From positions 23,581 through 87,580 of the forward strand of contig MFRW01000005.1 of the NCBI GenBank assembly GCA_001786575.1: 64,000 nt of DNA, read 5' to 3'. Under the pieces are notes generated by a model that searched no databases, was not told where the DNA came from, and saw only the letters and a list, made by a program, of their open reading frames with translations. Source of the DNA: Candidatus Moranbacteria bacterium RIFCSPHIGHO2_01_FULL_55_24 (GTDB lineage Bacteria > Patescibacteriota > Minisyncoccia > Moranbacterales > UBA1568). The translations under genes were made by a program, and so were the position numbers. Below, piece after piece: positions 53,867 to 64,000 of this stretch (position 1 is its first letter; each line of letters begins with the position of its first letter).

Positions 53867-54175
53867 ATGGCTTATATTTTCGAACTTTCCGTAAATCAGG
53901 ATCGCTCCAGTCTCGAGCTCGTGCAGGACGGAGAGAGCGTGGCCCGGAGGGAATGGAAGGAAGAACGCGACATGGGGCGACAGCTCCTGGAAGCGCTCCA
54001 GGGCATCTTGGAAGAGACTGGTATCGCTCCGGACCAGGTAGAGACATTCCGGATAAGCGGGGAAACCCCCGAGAACTTCACTTCGCGGCGTATTGCCGAA
54101 ACGGTCGCCCGGGTGTATACTTTCGCTGTGACATCCAAAGAATCCGCCGGAAGTCCAAAACCCGAAGGCACGTGA
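53867..54175 (+). CDS. Truncated TsaB-like protein
   Basis: 102 aa matching the N-terminal half of TsaB (LL..L..IL...GI...FTS.RI..TVA). Confidence 0.55.
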   Translation: MAYIFELSVNQDRSSLELVQDGESVARREWKEERDMGRQLLEALQGILEETGIAPDQVETFRISGETPENFTSRRIAETVARVYTFAVTSKESAGSPKPEGT

Positions 54176-54243
54176 TGTTTCACCCTCTATAAAAAGAAAA
54201 AAATCCCCAAAAAAGCGTAACAGCTTTGTTTTTTGCATTACAT

Positions 54244-54272
54244 TTGACAAGCTTGACAAGGGCTGTTACAAT
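54244..54272 (+). promoter_or_regulatory. rpoB promoter
   Basis: TTGACA-N17-TACAAT with extended -10 TG. Confidence 0.65.
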
Positions 54273-54483
54273 CCCAACACTTGTTTTGAAGAAGTGGCTG
54301 ACTTTTGGAAGCATCCGGAGCGCTCTCTACTCCTGTCCCTGTCCTCCGAAAGCTAATATTTTCCAAGCAGAATGGAGCGAAACTTCGCCCAGAGAACAAT
54401 TAAATAGTTTATCCGGTAATCTCACGGACCCTACTTGTTTCAATCTTGGCTGAAGCAAGGAGTGCACATGTGAGTGTCTTTTT

Positions 54484-57400
54484 ATGTCTACAGCACAGAA
54501 AGCGCTGCGAGTGAAAGATTCCTTTAGTAAAGAGTCATCTCTCGCAAAACGTCGGTTTTTCAATAATCGTATTACGGTGTCCCTTCCGGACCTCATCGAG
54601 GTGCAGAAGGACTCGTACCAGTGGTTCTGGGACAAGGGCTTGAAGGAGCTCTTGGCCGAGATCAATCCGATCGCGGATTTCACCGGAAAAGACCTGGAGC
54701 TCAAGCTCTCCGACTACTATTTGGACGAACCCAAATACAGCGCTCTCGTTGCCAAGAATAAGAATATCTCCTACGAAGCCCCGCTGCGCGCCAAGGCCCA
54801 GCTCATCATGAAGACGACCGGCGAGGTAAAGGAGCAGGAGATCTACCTCGGAGATTTCCCGCTCATGACCGAGCGCGGCACCTTCATCATAAACGGCGTC
54901 GAACGCGTCGTCGTCTCCCAGCTGATCCGCTCCCCGGGAGTCTTCTTTACTATGGAATATCAGAAGGGCAAGAAGCTCTTCGGCGCGAAAATCATCCCGA
55001 ACCGCGGTGCCTGGCTCGAGATCGAGACCGACCTCGACGGCGTGATTTCCGTGAAGATCGACCGCAAGCGCAAGCTTCCGATCACGGCCCTCTTCAAGGC
55101 ATTCGGCTACGATGAGAAGCGCATCCGCAAGGAATTCGCCGATGACGATAACGGAGCGACCAAATATATCGAGACAACCCTCATGAAGGACCCGTCCAGC
55201 AATCAGGGCGAGGCCTACCGCGAGGTCTACAAGAGACTGCGCCCAGGGGATCTGGCGACCGAAGAGAACGCCAAGCAGATGATCGATGCCATGTTCTTCA
55301 ACTTCGAGCGCTATGACTTCGGCTCTGTCGGACGTTACCGCCTGAACCAGCGTTTGAGCGTGGAACGTGAAGACAAGGAAGAGAACCGCATCCTCAATGT
55401 GGATGATTTGGTATTGATCGTGAAAGAAGTCATCCGTCTGAACAATGATCCGGAAGGCCGCGCCGATGACATCGACCACTTGGGGAACCGCCGCGTGCGC
55501 GCCGTGGGCGAGCTCATCCAGAACAAGCTCCGCGTCGGTCTCTACCGCATGGTGCGGAACATCAAAGACCGTATGTCGACCTGCGACCCGGACACCGTCG
55601 TTCCGGGCCAGCTCATCAACCCGCGCCCGGTCGCTGCGAGCGTCAAGGAATTCTTCTCGAGCTCCCAGCTTTCGCAGTTCATGGACCAGGTGAATCCGCT
55701 TGCCGAGCTTGAGCACAAGCGCCGCTTGTCGGCGATGGGTCCGGGCGGTCTGACCCGCGAGCGCGCCGGCTTCGAAGTCCGCGACGTGCACCACTCACAC
55801 TACGGCCGCATCTGTCCGATCGAGACTCCGGAAGGACCGAACATCGGTCTCGTCGGCCACTTGGCGACGTATGCCCGCGTCAATGAATACGGCTTCCTCG
55901 AAACCCCGTACCTTATCGTAAAGAAAGAAGTCGCTGCCAAGAAAGAAGAGCTGGAGAACCGCATCCTTGCCGAAGCGGTTGCCGGCTTCAAGACAGGAGA
56001 GAAGCTGACCGCAGAAACGGCCAAGAAGGTCGCTGACGCCAAGAAAGGCGAGACCGTGAAGGTCCTCCCGTTCGTGACGCTCGACATCGAATACTTAAAC
56101 GCCATCGTCGAAGACCGGAAGATCATCGCGCACGCCGGCATCACGCTTGACGAGCACCGGAACGTTACCGAGCCTATGGTTGAGGCTCGCGTGAAGGGGC
56201 ACCCGGAAACCATCGAAGCCGAATCTCTCGACTTCATCGATGTTTCCGTGAAGCAGTGTATCTCTATCGCGACCGCGCTCATCCCGTTCCTCGAGCACGA
56301 TGATGCGAACCGCGCCCTCATGGGATCGAACATGCAGCGCCAGGCTGTTTCCTGCGTCGTTCCGGAATCTCCGATCGTCGGAACCGGTATCGAAGACAAG
56401 GCGGCCCGCGATTCCGGACAGGTCGTGCTTGCGACTGAAGCCGGCGAGGTCATCGCCGTCGACGGCAACAAAGTCATCGTCCGCTCCAAGGCTCCGGCCG
56501 GCGCGAAGAAAGAGCACATCGACCACGAATACGGACTTCAGACCTTCGAGAAGTCGAACGCGTTCACTTCCATGAATCAGATCCCGCGCGTCGCGAAGGG
56601 CCAGAAAGTAGCGAAGGGAGACCTCCTTGCTGACGGCGCTTCGACCGATCACGGCGAATTGGCGCTCGGCCAGAACATGGTCGTCGCCTTCGTCCCATGG
56701 GACGGTTACAACTTCGAAGACGCTATCATCGTTTCCGAACGCGTCGTTCAGAAGGACCGCTGGAGCTCGATCCACATCGAAGATTTCTCTATCGATGTGC
56801 GTGACACCAAGCTCGGTCCGGAAGTCGTGACTCGCGATATCCCGAACATCGGCGAAGACCGCCTGAAGAATCTCGACGAATCCGGCATCATCCGCATCGG
56901 CGCCGAGGTCTCTTCCGGTGACATCCTCGTCGGCAAGATCACCCCGAAAGGCGAGGGCGACCTCACCGCGGAAGAGCGCTTGCTCCGCGTGATCTTCGGC
57001 GAGAAGTCCCGCGATGTCAAAGACTCTTCTCTCTACCTCCCGCACGGCGAGCACGGCAAAGTGGTGGATGTGAAGATCTTCTCCCGCGAGCGCGGCGACA
57101 AGCTCCCGATGGGTGTCTTCCAGCAGATCCAGGTATCCGTAGCCCAGATGCGCAAGATCTCTGTCGGTGACAAGCTTGCCGGACGCCACGGAAACAAGGG
57201 TGTCATCTCTATCATCGCCTCCGTCGAAGATATGCCGTACCTGCCGGACGGAACTCCGGTCGACATCATCTTGAATCCGCTCGGTGTCGCTTCCCGTATG
57301 AACATCGGCCAGATCCTGGAAACCCATCTCGGATGGGCCGCCAAGGAGCTCGGCTACAAAGTCGCGAGCTCGTCTCTCGACGGTGTCTCGGAAGATGATA

Positions 57401-57888
57401 TCAAGGGAGAGCTCAAGAAAGCAGGGCTTCCGGAAAACGGCAAGATCCGCCTCGTCAACGGCAAGACCGGCGAAGCCTACGATAACGAGTCCACGGTCGG
57501 CGTCATGTACATCATGAAGCTCAATCACTTGATCGAAGACAAGATCCACATGCGCTCGATCGGTCCGTACTCGCTCATCACCCAGCAGCCGCTCGGCGGT
57601 AAGGCGCAGTTCGGAGGCCAGCGCTTCGGTGAAATGGAAGTATGGGCGCTCGAAGGTTATGGCGCCGCCTACACACTGCAAGAAATGCTCACAATCAAGT
57701 CCGATGATGTATTGGGCCGTTCCAAGGCCTATGAGTCGATCATCAAGGGCGAGCCGATCAAGAGTCCGAATCTCCCAGCTTCCTTCCACGTGCTCGTGAA
57801 CGAGCTCAAGGGCCTGTGCCTCAATGTGGAACTGAAGGGGGCGAAGACAGAGGTACTCGACGAACACGGGGATATCGAAACTGTCTAA
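54484..57888 (+). CDS. rpoB: RNA polymerase beta subunit
   Basis: GTFIINGVERVVVSQ, SQFMDQ..HKRR, ETPEGPNIG, GSNMQRQ, GDKLAGRHGNKG, GGQRFGEME. Confidence 0.98.
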   Translation: MSTAQKALRVKDSFSKESSLAKRRFFNNRITVSLPDLIEVQKDSYQWFWDKGLKELLAEINPIADFTGKDLELKLSDYYLDEPKYSALVAKNKNISYEAPLRAKAQLIMKTTGEVKEQEIYLGDFPLMTERGTFIINGVERVVVSQLIRSPGVFFTMEYQKGKKLFGAKIIPNRGAWLEIETDLDGVISVKIDRKRKLPITALFKAFGYDEKRIRKEFADDDNGATKYIETTLMKDPSSNQGEAYREVYKRLRPGDLATEENAKQMIDAMFFNFERYDFGSVGRYRLNQRLSVEREDKEENRILNVDDLVLIVKEVIRLNNDPEGRADDIDHLGNRRVRAVGELIQNKLRVGLYRMVRNIKDRMSTCDPDTVVPGQLINPRPVAASVKEFFSSSQLSQFMDQVNPLAELEHKRRLSAMGPGGLTRERAGFEVRDVHHSHYGRICPIETPEGPNIGLVGHLATYARVNEYGFLETPYLIVKKEVAAKKEELENRILAEAVAGFKTGEKLTAETAKKVADAKKGETVKVLPFVTLDIEYLNAIVEDRKIIAHAGITLDEHRNVTEPMVEARVKGHPETIEAESLDFIDVSVKQCISIATALIPFLEHDDANRALMGSNMQRQAVSCVVPESPIVGTGIEDKAARDSGQVVLATEAGEVIAVDGNKVIVRSKAPAGAKKEHIDHEYGLQTFEKSNAFTSMNQIPRVAKGQKVAKGDLLADGASTDHGELALGQNMVVAFVPWDGYNFEDAIIVSERVVQKDRWSSIHIEDFSIDVRDTKLGPEVVTRDIPNIGEDRLKNLDESGIIRIGAEVSSGDILVGKITPKGEGDLTAEERLLRVIFGEKSRDVKDSSLYLPHGEHGKVVDVKIFSRERGDKLPMGVFQQIQVSVAQMRKISVGDKLAGRHGNKGVISIIASVEDMPYLPDGTPVDIILNPLGVASRMNIGQILETHLGWAAKELGYKVASSSLDGVSEDDIKGELKKAGLPENGKIRLVNGKTGEAYDNESTVGVMYIMKLNHLIEDKIHMRSIGPYSLITQQPLGGKAQFGGQRFGEMEVWALEGYGAAYTLQEMLTIKSDDVLGRSKAYESIIKGEPIKSPNLPASFHVLVNELKGLCLNVELKGAKTEVLDEHGDIETV

Positions 57889-57920
57889 ATCCTTCTTTCT
57901 CACTTGATTACAACAATCTT

Positions 57921-60900
57921 ATGGAAAACATCACGAAAGTAAGCGACTTCGACAGCGTACGACTCACCCTCGCGAGCCCGGACCAGATCATGGAGTGGTC
58001 TCATGGCGAAGTCACCAAGCCGGAAACTATCAACTACCGCACCCAGCGTTATGAACCGGACGGACTCTTCTGCGAGAAGATCTTCGGCCCTTCCAAGGAC
58101 TGGGAGTGTTATTGCGGCAAGTACAAGCGCATCCGCTACAACGGCATCGTCTGCGATAAGTGCGGCGTCGAAGTGACGCGCGCTATCGTGCGCCGCGAGC
58201 GCATGGGCCACATCAAGCTGGCGACTCCGGTTTCCCACATCTGGTTCCTCCGTGGCGTACCGTCGAAAATCGGCCTCGTCTTGGGCATTTCGCCGCAGGA
58301 CCTGGAGCGCGTCATCTACTTCTCCTCGTACATCATCATGAGCGTGAACGAGAAGCTGAAGAAACAGTCGCTCGAAGCGCTTGAGAAGGAATACAAGACC
58401 AAGCAGAAGGAACTGAAGACCGGAGAGAAGGACGCGAAAGCGCTCGAAGCCCGCTTGGATGAATTGAAAGACCAGTATCGCGGGACGAAGGACGAGATCA
58501 AGAATCTCCGTCCGTACCAGATCCTCTCCGAAGTCGAATACTTCAATCTCTCGAGCCGTTTCGGTCAGATCTTCACCGCCGGCATCGGCGCGGAAGCGAT
58601 CCGGAAGATCCTCGAGACGATCGACATCGAGGCCCAGCTCGAAGTACTGAAACAAGAGCTCGCCGAAAACGAGAGTGCCGATCAGAAGAAGCTCCTCCAG
58701 CGTCTGAAGATCTACCAGGGATTTCAGAAAGCGGAACTCAACTTCGAGTGGATGCTCCCGACCGTGCTCCCAGTCATCCCGCCGGATCTCCGGCCGATGG
58801 TAGCTCTCGACGGAGGCCGCTTCGCGACGTCCGACCTGAATGATCTCTACCGCCGCATCATCAATAGAAACAACCGCCTGAAGAAACTCATGGGCATCGG
58901 CGCTCCGGAAGTCATCACCCGGAACGAGAAGCGCATGCTCCAGGAAGCCGTAGACGCTCTCTTCGACAACTCTGCCCGCCGCGGCCAAGCCTCGACGGCT
59001 GCTTCGACCGGCCAGCGCCGCGCACTTCGCTCGCTCGCTGACGCTTTGAAGGGCAAGCAGGGACGCTTCCGCCAGAACCTCCTCGGAAAGCGCGTCGACT
59101 ACTCGGGACGCTCCGTGATCGTGGTCGGCCCGAAGCTGAAGCTCCACCAGTGCGGACTCCCGAAGAAGATGGCGCTCGAACTCTTCAAGCCGTTCATCAT
59201 CAACAAACTCATCGAGAAGGAATACGCGCATAACGTGCGTACCGCCGGACGCATGGTGGATGCCGAAACCGAAGAAGCCTACGAGATCCTCGACGAGATC
59301 ATCGAACACCACTACGTGCTCTTGAACCGCGCACCGACGCTCCACCGCCTCTCGATCCAGGCCTTCCAGCCGGTGCTTATCGAAGGCAAGGCAATCCGCC
59401 TCCACCCGATGGTATGTAGCGCCTTCAATGCCGACTTCGACGGTGACCAGATGGCGGTCCATGTGCCGCTCACCGATCAGGCTCGCCACGAGAGCGCGAC
59501 CATCATGCTTTCCTCCAAGAACCTCCTGAAGCCGGCCTCCGGCGAACCGATCGTCTCCGCGACGCTCGATATGGTGCTCGGCGCCTATTATCTGACTCAC
59601 ATCAAGCCGGAAGGCAAGGGGAAGGGGAAGATATTCGGCACGATGGACGAAGCGATTCTCGCTCACCAGAACGGCCATGTCGACGTGAATGTCGCCATCA
59701 AGCTTTCTTGGAATGGGGAAATCATCGAGACTTCTGTCGGCCGCATCCTCTTGAATGACATCCTGCCGGAACACCTGCGCTTCGTGAACGAAGAGATGGT
59801 GAAGAAGGATCTCAAGATTCTCATGTCACGCATTCTGGAGACCCTCGGACAGGAAGAGGCAGCACTCTTCGCTGACCGTCTCAAGGATCTCTCCTTCTCG
59901 GCGGTTTCCAAGTCCGGTATCAGCTGGGGCATGAACGACCTCCAGGTGCCGAAGGAGAAGAAAGCGCTCGTAGCGCAAGCAGAAACCAAAGTGAAGGAAG
60001 TCCAGGGCCAGTTCAATATGGGACTCCTCACGAACGAAGAGCGCCGTAACCGCGTCATCGAGATCTGGAACGACACCAAGAACCAGATTACCGATGCGGT
60101 CCGCGCTTCGCTCGACAAGGAAGGCCCGGTCTATTCCATGGTCTACTCCAAGGCTCGCGGTTCCGAATCCGTCGTCGTGCAGATGACCGGTATGAAAGGC
60201 CTCATGGCCGGACCGACCGGAGAAACGATCGAACTCCCGGTGAAGAGCTCCTTCAAGGAAGGCTTCAACGTGCTGGAATACTTCATCTCGACCCACGGTG
60301 CGCGTAAAGGTATGGCTGACACCGCTCTCCGTACGGCGACTGCCGGTTACCTCACCCGTCGCTTGGTGGACGTGGCCCAGGATATCATCGTCCGCGATGA
60401 GAACTGCGGCGACACCGAAGGCACATACCTCTACCGCGCGGATTCTGACGTCATCGGAGCGAGCTTCGCTGCCCGTGTCGAAGGTCGTGTGACCCTCGAA
60501 GCGGTGAAGCATCCGGAAACCAAGGAAGTGATCGCGAAGAAGGGTGTGCTCGTCAACAAGGAACAGGCCAAAGTGATCGAAGAAACCCATGTCGAAAAGA
60601 TCAAGATCCGCAGCCTGGTCTCCTGCAAGGCTCGCCGCGGCGTCTGCCGCCTCTGTTACGGCCTCGACCTCGGCCGGAACGAACTGGTAAGCCTTGGCGC
60701 CTCTGTCGGCGTCGTGGCAGCCCAGGCGATCGGTGAGCCGGGTACCCAGCTTACGATGCGTACCTTCCACATCGGCGGTGTGGCCGGATCCGACATCACC
60801 CAGGGTCTCCCGCGTGTGGAAGAGATCTTCGAAGCCCGCAATCCGAAGACGGAAGCGATCCTCTCGGAAGTGGATGGTCAGGTGAAAAGCATTACCAAGG

Positions 60901-61511
60901 ACATCAAAGCAGTGAAAATCGGTATCGAGGGGAACGATAAGACGATGCATGAATACCAGGTGCCGACGAACGTCGCTCTCAAAGTGAAGGAGAATGACCT
61001 TGTCGGAGTCGGGACTATTCTTTCCGAAGGACACATCGATCTGCGCAAGCTCTACACCATCATGGGCCAGGAATCGGTGCATCGCTACATCATCCGCGAG
61101 ATCGAAGAGATCTATGCGTCACAGGGCGAAGGCATCAACGACAAGCACATCGAAGTGATCATCCGTCAGATGCTTTCCCGCATCCGCGTGGTGGATCCGG
61201 GCGACACGATTCTCCTCCCGGGCGATGTCGTGGAGCGCGACCAGTTCGAGGAAGCCAACGAAGAAGTGGCTGCCAAGAAGGGGAAGATCGCGACCGGTGA
61301 GTCGATGGTCTTGGGTATCACCAAGGTAGCTCTCTCGACCGAATCCTTCCTCTCCGCCGCTTCCTTCATGGAAACGGCCCGCGTGCTCATCAACGCTGCG
61401 GTCCAGGGCAAGGAAGACCGCCTGCGCGGACTCAAGGAAAACGTCATCATCGGACGCTTGATTCCGGCCGGTACCGGTTACCGCGGTCTCGGAACAGAAG
61501 AACAGGCTTAG
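57921..61511 (+). CDS. rpoC: RNA polymerase beta' subunit
   Basis: N-terminal Zn finger, [50 protein letters not shown]; start at MENITKV. Confidence 0.98.
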   Translation: MENITKVSDFDSVRLTLASPDQIMEWSHGEVTKPETINYRTQRYEPDGLFCEKIFGPSKDWECYCGKYKRIRYNGIVCDKCGVEVTRAIVRRERMGHIKLATPVSHIWFLRGVPSKIGLVLGISPQDLERVIYFSSYIIMSVNEKLKKQSLEALEKEYKTKQKELKTGEKDAKALEARLDELKDQYRGTKDEIKNLRPYQILSEVEYFNLSSRFGQIFTAGIGAEAIRKILETIDIEAQLEVLKQELAENESADQKKLLQRLKIYQGFQKAELNFEWMLPTVLPVIPPDLRPMVALDGGRFATSDLNDLYRRIINRNNRLKKLMGIGAPEVITRNEKRMLQEAVDALFDNSARRGQASTAASTGQRRALRSLADALKGKQGRFRQNLLGKRVDYSGRSVIVVGPKLKLHQCGLPKKMALELFKPFIINKLIEKEYAHNVRTAGRMVDAETEEAYEILDEIIEHHYVLLNRAPTLHRLSIQAFQPVLIEGKAIRLHPMVCSAFNADFDGDQMAVHVPLTDQARHESATIMLSSKNLLKPASGEPIVSATLDMVLGAYYLTHIKPEGKGKGKIFGTMDEAILAHQNGHVDVNVAIKLSWNGEIIETSVGRILLNDILPEHLRFVNEEMVKKDLKILMSRILETLGQEEAALFADRLKDLSFSAVSKSGISWGMNDLQVPKEKKALVAQAETKVKEVQGQFNMGLLTNEERRNRVIEIWNDTKNQITDAVRASLDKEGPVYSMVYSKARGSESVVVQMTGMKGLMAGPTGETIELPVKSSFKEGFNVLEYFISTHGARKGMADTALRTATAGYLTRRLVDVAQDIIVRDENCGDTEGTYLYRADSDVIGASFAARVEGRVTLEAVKHPETKEVIAKKGVLVNKEQAKVIEETHVEKIKIRSLVSCKARRGVCRLCYGLDLGRNELVSLGASVGVVAAQAIGEPGTQLTMRTFHIGGVAGSDITQGLPRVEEIFEARNPKTEAILSEVDGQVKSITKDIKAVKIGIEGNDKTMHEYQVPTNVALKVKENDLVGVGTILSEGHIDLRKLYTIMGQESVHRYIIREIEEIYASQGEGINDKHIEVIIRQMLSRIRVVDPGDTILLPGDVVERDQFEEANEEVAAKKGKIATGESMVLGITKVALSTESFLSAASFMETARVLINAAVQGKEDRLRGLKENVIIGRLIPAGTGYRGLGTEEQA

Positions 61512-61541
61512 TCGCTTGCATGTGCCGCACAGCCTGAAAGC

Positions 61542-61570
61542 AAAACACCCCTCTTTCGAGGGGTGTTTTC
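61542..61570 (+). terminator. Intrinsic terminator after rpoC
   Basis: AAAACACCCCTC-tttc-GAGGGGTGTTTT. Confidence 0.75.
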
Positions 61571-61695
61571 GTATTCCGCCGGGATCCGTCTGTCGCCTCG
61601 GGAGCGTCTTCCCGGAAACCGGATCCCCAGAGGAGGATTTTCCTTTGAGGAAAGGGCGTCGCCTGTGATATACTTTCCCTATACATGCTTTGATT

Positions 61696-64000
61696 ATGGG
61701 GAGAAAAAAGAAAGAAAAGGCAGATCCGGAAGCGGAAAAGCCGGCTTTTCAATTCGATCAGATTCTGGGGAGCGATGCGAAGCGGAGCATCGCTGCCGTG
61801 TTTCTATTCACGTTAAGCATCCTGATCATTCTCGGGTTCTTCGGGGCGTCCGGGCTTTTGGGCGAGTGGCTTGATGCGGGCCTCGGGTCGATATTCGGCT
61901 GGGGAAAATGGCTTTTCCCGCTGGTCCTCATGACTGCTTCCGCGATGCTCTTGCGGCGCCGTGAGACGACCCTTTCCGATATCGTGAAATTCATCGGCCT
62001 CGGCCTCGCCTTTGCGGCCTGTCTCGGTCTGCTTCATCTCTTCAGCGGAGATACATCCAAGGAATATATGAAACTCGCCAAAGCGGGCGAGGGAGGGGGA
62101 TATATCGGCTACGGGCTTGCGGCATCTTTTCTCATGTTCACCGGCAAGGCAGCGGGAGCTATTCTCCTCGTCGCGCTTTTCCTGGCCGGAGTGATCTCCG
62201 CTTTCAATGTCTCGCTCATCCATTTCGCAGAGAAGCTCTTCCGTCGGGTTCCTTCCGGGGGTGAACCCCCGGCAGGAGAGGAGAGCGAGGGTCCGGCTCT
62301 GGCTGGCCAAGAAACGCCTCCTGCCTCCGAGGAGGAAGCATTCTCGCTCTCGCTCGATGCCAAAGCGGCTGATGAGTCGCAGGCTCTTCCGGAAGATGCG
62401 CTTCATGCGAACAATATCCGCAACGTGGAATTCCGCGACGAGGAAGATATCGAACTGCCCCAGTCCGAAGAAACCGATTCTTCTACGCCTGCCGGTGCGG
62501 CTACTTCGGCGAAGCGCCGCCGCCGGCGTTCCAAGTATGCTTGGGAACTGCCCCCGGTAGACCTTCTCGAGTCGACCACCGGCCAGGCAGTCGGGGGCGA
62601 TACGGAACGCAACAAGCATATTATTCAGAATACTCTCAAGTACTTCGGCATCGACGTGACGCCGGGCGAAGTGAAGGTCGGACCGACCGTAACCCAGTAT
62701 ACGTTTACGCCGGGAATGGGAGTGAAACTTTCCAAGATTACGACGCTCAACAACGACTTGGCGCTGGCGCTGGCCGCGCATCCGATCCGCATCGAGGCGC
62801 CGATACCGGGGCAGTCGCTCATCGGCATCGAGGTGCCGAACAAGTCTGTAGCGACCGTGCGTCTGCGCGCGATCGTCGAGAGCCGCGAGTTCAAGGATCG
62901 CAAGTCCAACCTGACGCTGGTCATGGGCCAGGATGTTTCGGGGAAGAACCTGCTTGCGGACCTGCGCAAGATGCCCCATCTTCTCATCGCTGGACGGACC
63001 GGGTCCGGAAAATCCGTGTGTATCAATACGCTCATCCTCTCGCTTCTCTATCAGAATTCTCCGGAAGACCTGAAGCTCCTTCTGGTGGACCCGAAACGCG
63101 TCGAACTCTCGGCATACAAGAATATCCCGCACCTCCGGGCAGACGTGATCGTCGACAACAAGAAGGTGGTGAACGTCCTCAAGTGGGCGGTCGGCGAGAT
63201 GGAGCGCCGCTACAAGATTCTCGAGGAAGCGCATACGCGCGACCTCATGTCCTATCGCGAGAAGTGTGCCCGGGGCGAGACCAAGACCGTGATCGATCCG
63301 GATACCAATAAAGTGCGCGAAGAAGAATTGGAGCCGCTCCCGTACATCGTGATCGTGATCGACGAGATGGCGGATCTCATGGTGGCGCACGGCAAAGAAG
63401 TGGAGAGTCTCGTCATCCGCCTGGCGCAGATGTCGCGCGCGATCGGCATCCATCTGGTTCTCGCTACCCAGCGTCCGAGCGTCGAGGTGCTGACAGGCCT
63501 GATCAAGGCGAATGTCCCGACTCGGGTCGCCTTCCAGGTGACGACCCAGATCGATTCTCGTACGATCCTCGATACCGGCGGCGCCGAAAAGCTTCTCGGG
63601 AACGGCGATATGCTCTACGCACCGAGCGAAGGGACGGATATGAAACGTCTCCAGGGCGTGTTCGTCTCGGATGATGAAGTGAAGCGGGTGACCTCATTTC
63701 TCAAGAAACAGAAGGAAGAGATGGGCGACGAAGAAGATGAGGAAGATGTGGCCGGCGACGAAGCGAAGGACGATATTATGCGGGCCCTGGATGCCGTCGA
63801 TGAGGGAGCCAAGGAAGACGATCTTTATGAGCGCGCGAAGCAGATCGTGATCGATACCGGACGGGCTTCGACGACCTATCTCCAGACCGCGCTCGGCGTA
63901 GGCTACCCGCGCGGGGCGCGTCTCATGCATCTTCTGGAACAGAACGGTATCGTCGGAATGATCGATGGCAAGAAGAAAGTGCTGGTCGGAAAGGCCGTAC
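61696..64000 (+). CDS. ftsK: DNA translocase FtsK/SpoIIIE (stop codon lies beyond the window; absent from the ORF track)
   Basis: Frame from ATG 61696 (MGRKKKEK): 4TM domain, GPTVTQY, IRIEAPIPG, PHLLIAGRTGSGKS, IDEMADLM, LATQRPSV, GAEKLLGNGDML and a gamma domain. Confidence 0.95.
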   Translation, partial: MGRKKKEKADPEAEKPAFQFDQILGSDAKRSIAAVFLFTLSILIILGFFGASGLLGEWLDAGLGSIFGWGKWLFPLVLMTASAMLLRRRETTLSDIVKFIGLGLAFAACLGLLHLFSGDTSKEYMKLAKAGEGGGYIGYGLAASFLMFTGKAAGAILLVALFLAGVISAFNVSLIHFAEKLFRRVPSGGEPPAGEESEGPALAGQETPPASEEEAFSLSLDAKAADESQALPEDALHANNIRNVEFRDEEDIELPQSEETDSSTPAGAATSAKRRRRRSKYAWELPPVDLLESTTGQAVGGDTERNKHIIQNTLKYFGIDVTPGEVKVGPTVTQYTFTPGMGVKLSKITTLNNDLALALAAHPIRIEAPIPGQSLIGIEVPNKSVATVRLRAIVESREFKDRKSNLTLVMGQDVSGKNLLADLRKMPHLLIAGRTGSGKSVCINTLILSLLYQNSPEDLKLLLVDPKRVELSAYKNIPHLRADVIVDNKKVVNVLKWAVGEMERRYKILEEAHTRDLMSYREKCARGETKTVIDPDTNKVREEELEPLPYIVIVIDEMADLMVAHGKEVESLVIRLAQMSRAIGIHLVLATQRPSVEVLTGLIKANVPTRVAFQVTTQIDSRTILDTGGAEKLLGNGDMLYAPSEGTDMKRLQGVFVSDDEVKRVTSFLKKQKEEMGDEEDEEDVAGDEAKDDIMRALDAVDEGAKEDDLYERAKQIVIDTGRASTTYLQTALGVGYPRGARLMHLLEQNGIVGMIDGKKKVLVGKAV

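Noticed and set aside
61685-61693. Mini-ORF ATG-CTT-TGA just before ftsK
   Set aside because: Too short to distinguish from chance without conservation data
1-64000. CRISPR array, IS element, intron/intein or stop-codon reassignment
   Set aside because: No regularly spaced repeats or transposase motifs seen by eye; conserved genes are uninterrupted, and TGA is used as a normal stop (e.g. prgI, virB4)

Overview
Chromosomal window (code 11, about 55% GC by eye) from a genome-reduced bacterium. By gene content it is most likely Patescibacteria/CPR, Parcubacteria-like (inference): short IF-2, ThrRS without an editing domain, mini-TsaB, DUF4012, DUF4446 and a single Xer. Housekeeping genes include pcrA (5' partial), xer, cca, infB, typA, nusA, ppa, tig, clpP, gpmI, rny, hup, yvcK, thrS, rpoB, rpoC and ftsK (3' partial), plus six tRNAs, none encoding CCA. 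Among them lies a split, apparently non-mobile type IV secretion-like system. One part is a core operon (VirB6-like, hypothetical, PrgI/VirB3-like, TraC-like, VirB4 ATPase), followed by a membrane protein, a catalytically degenerate CPBP protease and a 930-aa Cys-rich surface protein. The other part, 13 kb downstream of virB4, is an array of five VirB2/TrbC-like pilin genes with six pilin modules. Several pilins carry extra domains: a lytic transglycosylase, a beta-defensin-like 6-Cys module and a small disulfide loop. This 'armed pilin' array is the best candidate for an undescribed system. Other notable signals are a ~160-nt rod-like RNA upstream of rny (6S RNA candidate), a terminator-type leader before nusA, a scrambled partial duplicate of tRNA-Gly, a tRNA abutting the yvcK start codon, and several stand-alone ORFan cassettes. 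No CRISPR array, IS element, prophage or rRNA was seen. All calls come from reading motifs by eye; no database searches were run.
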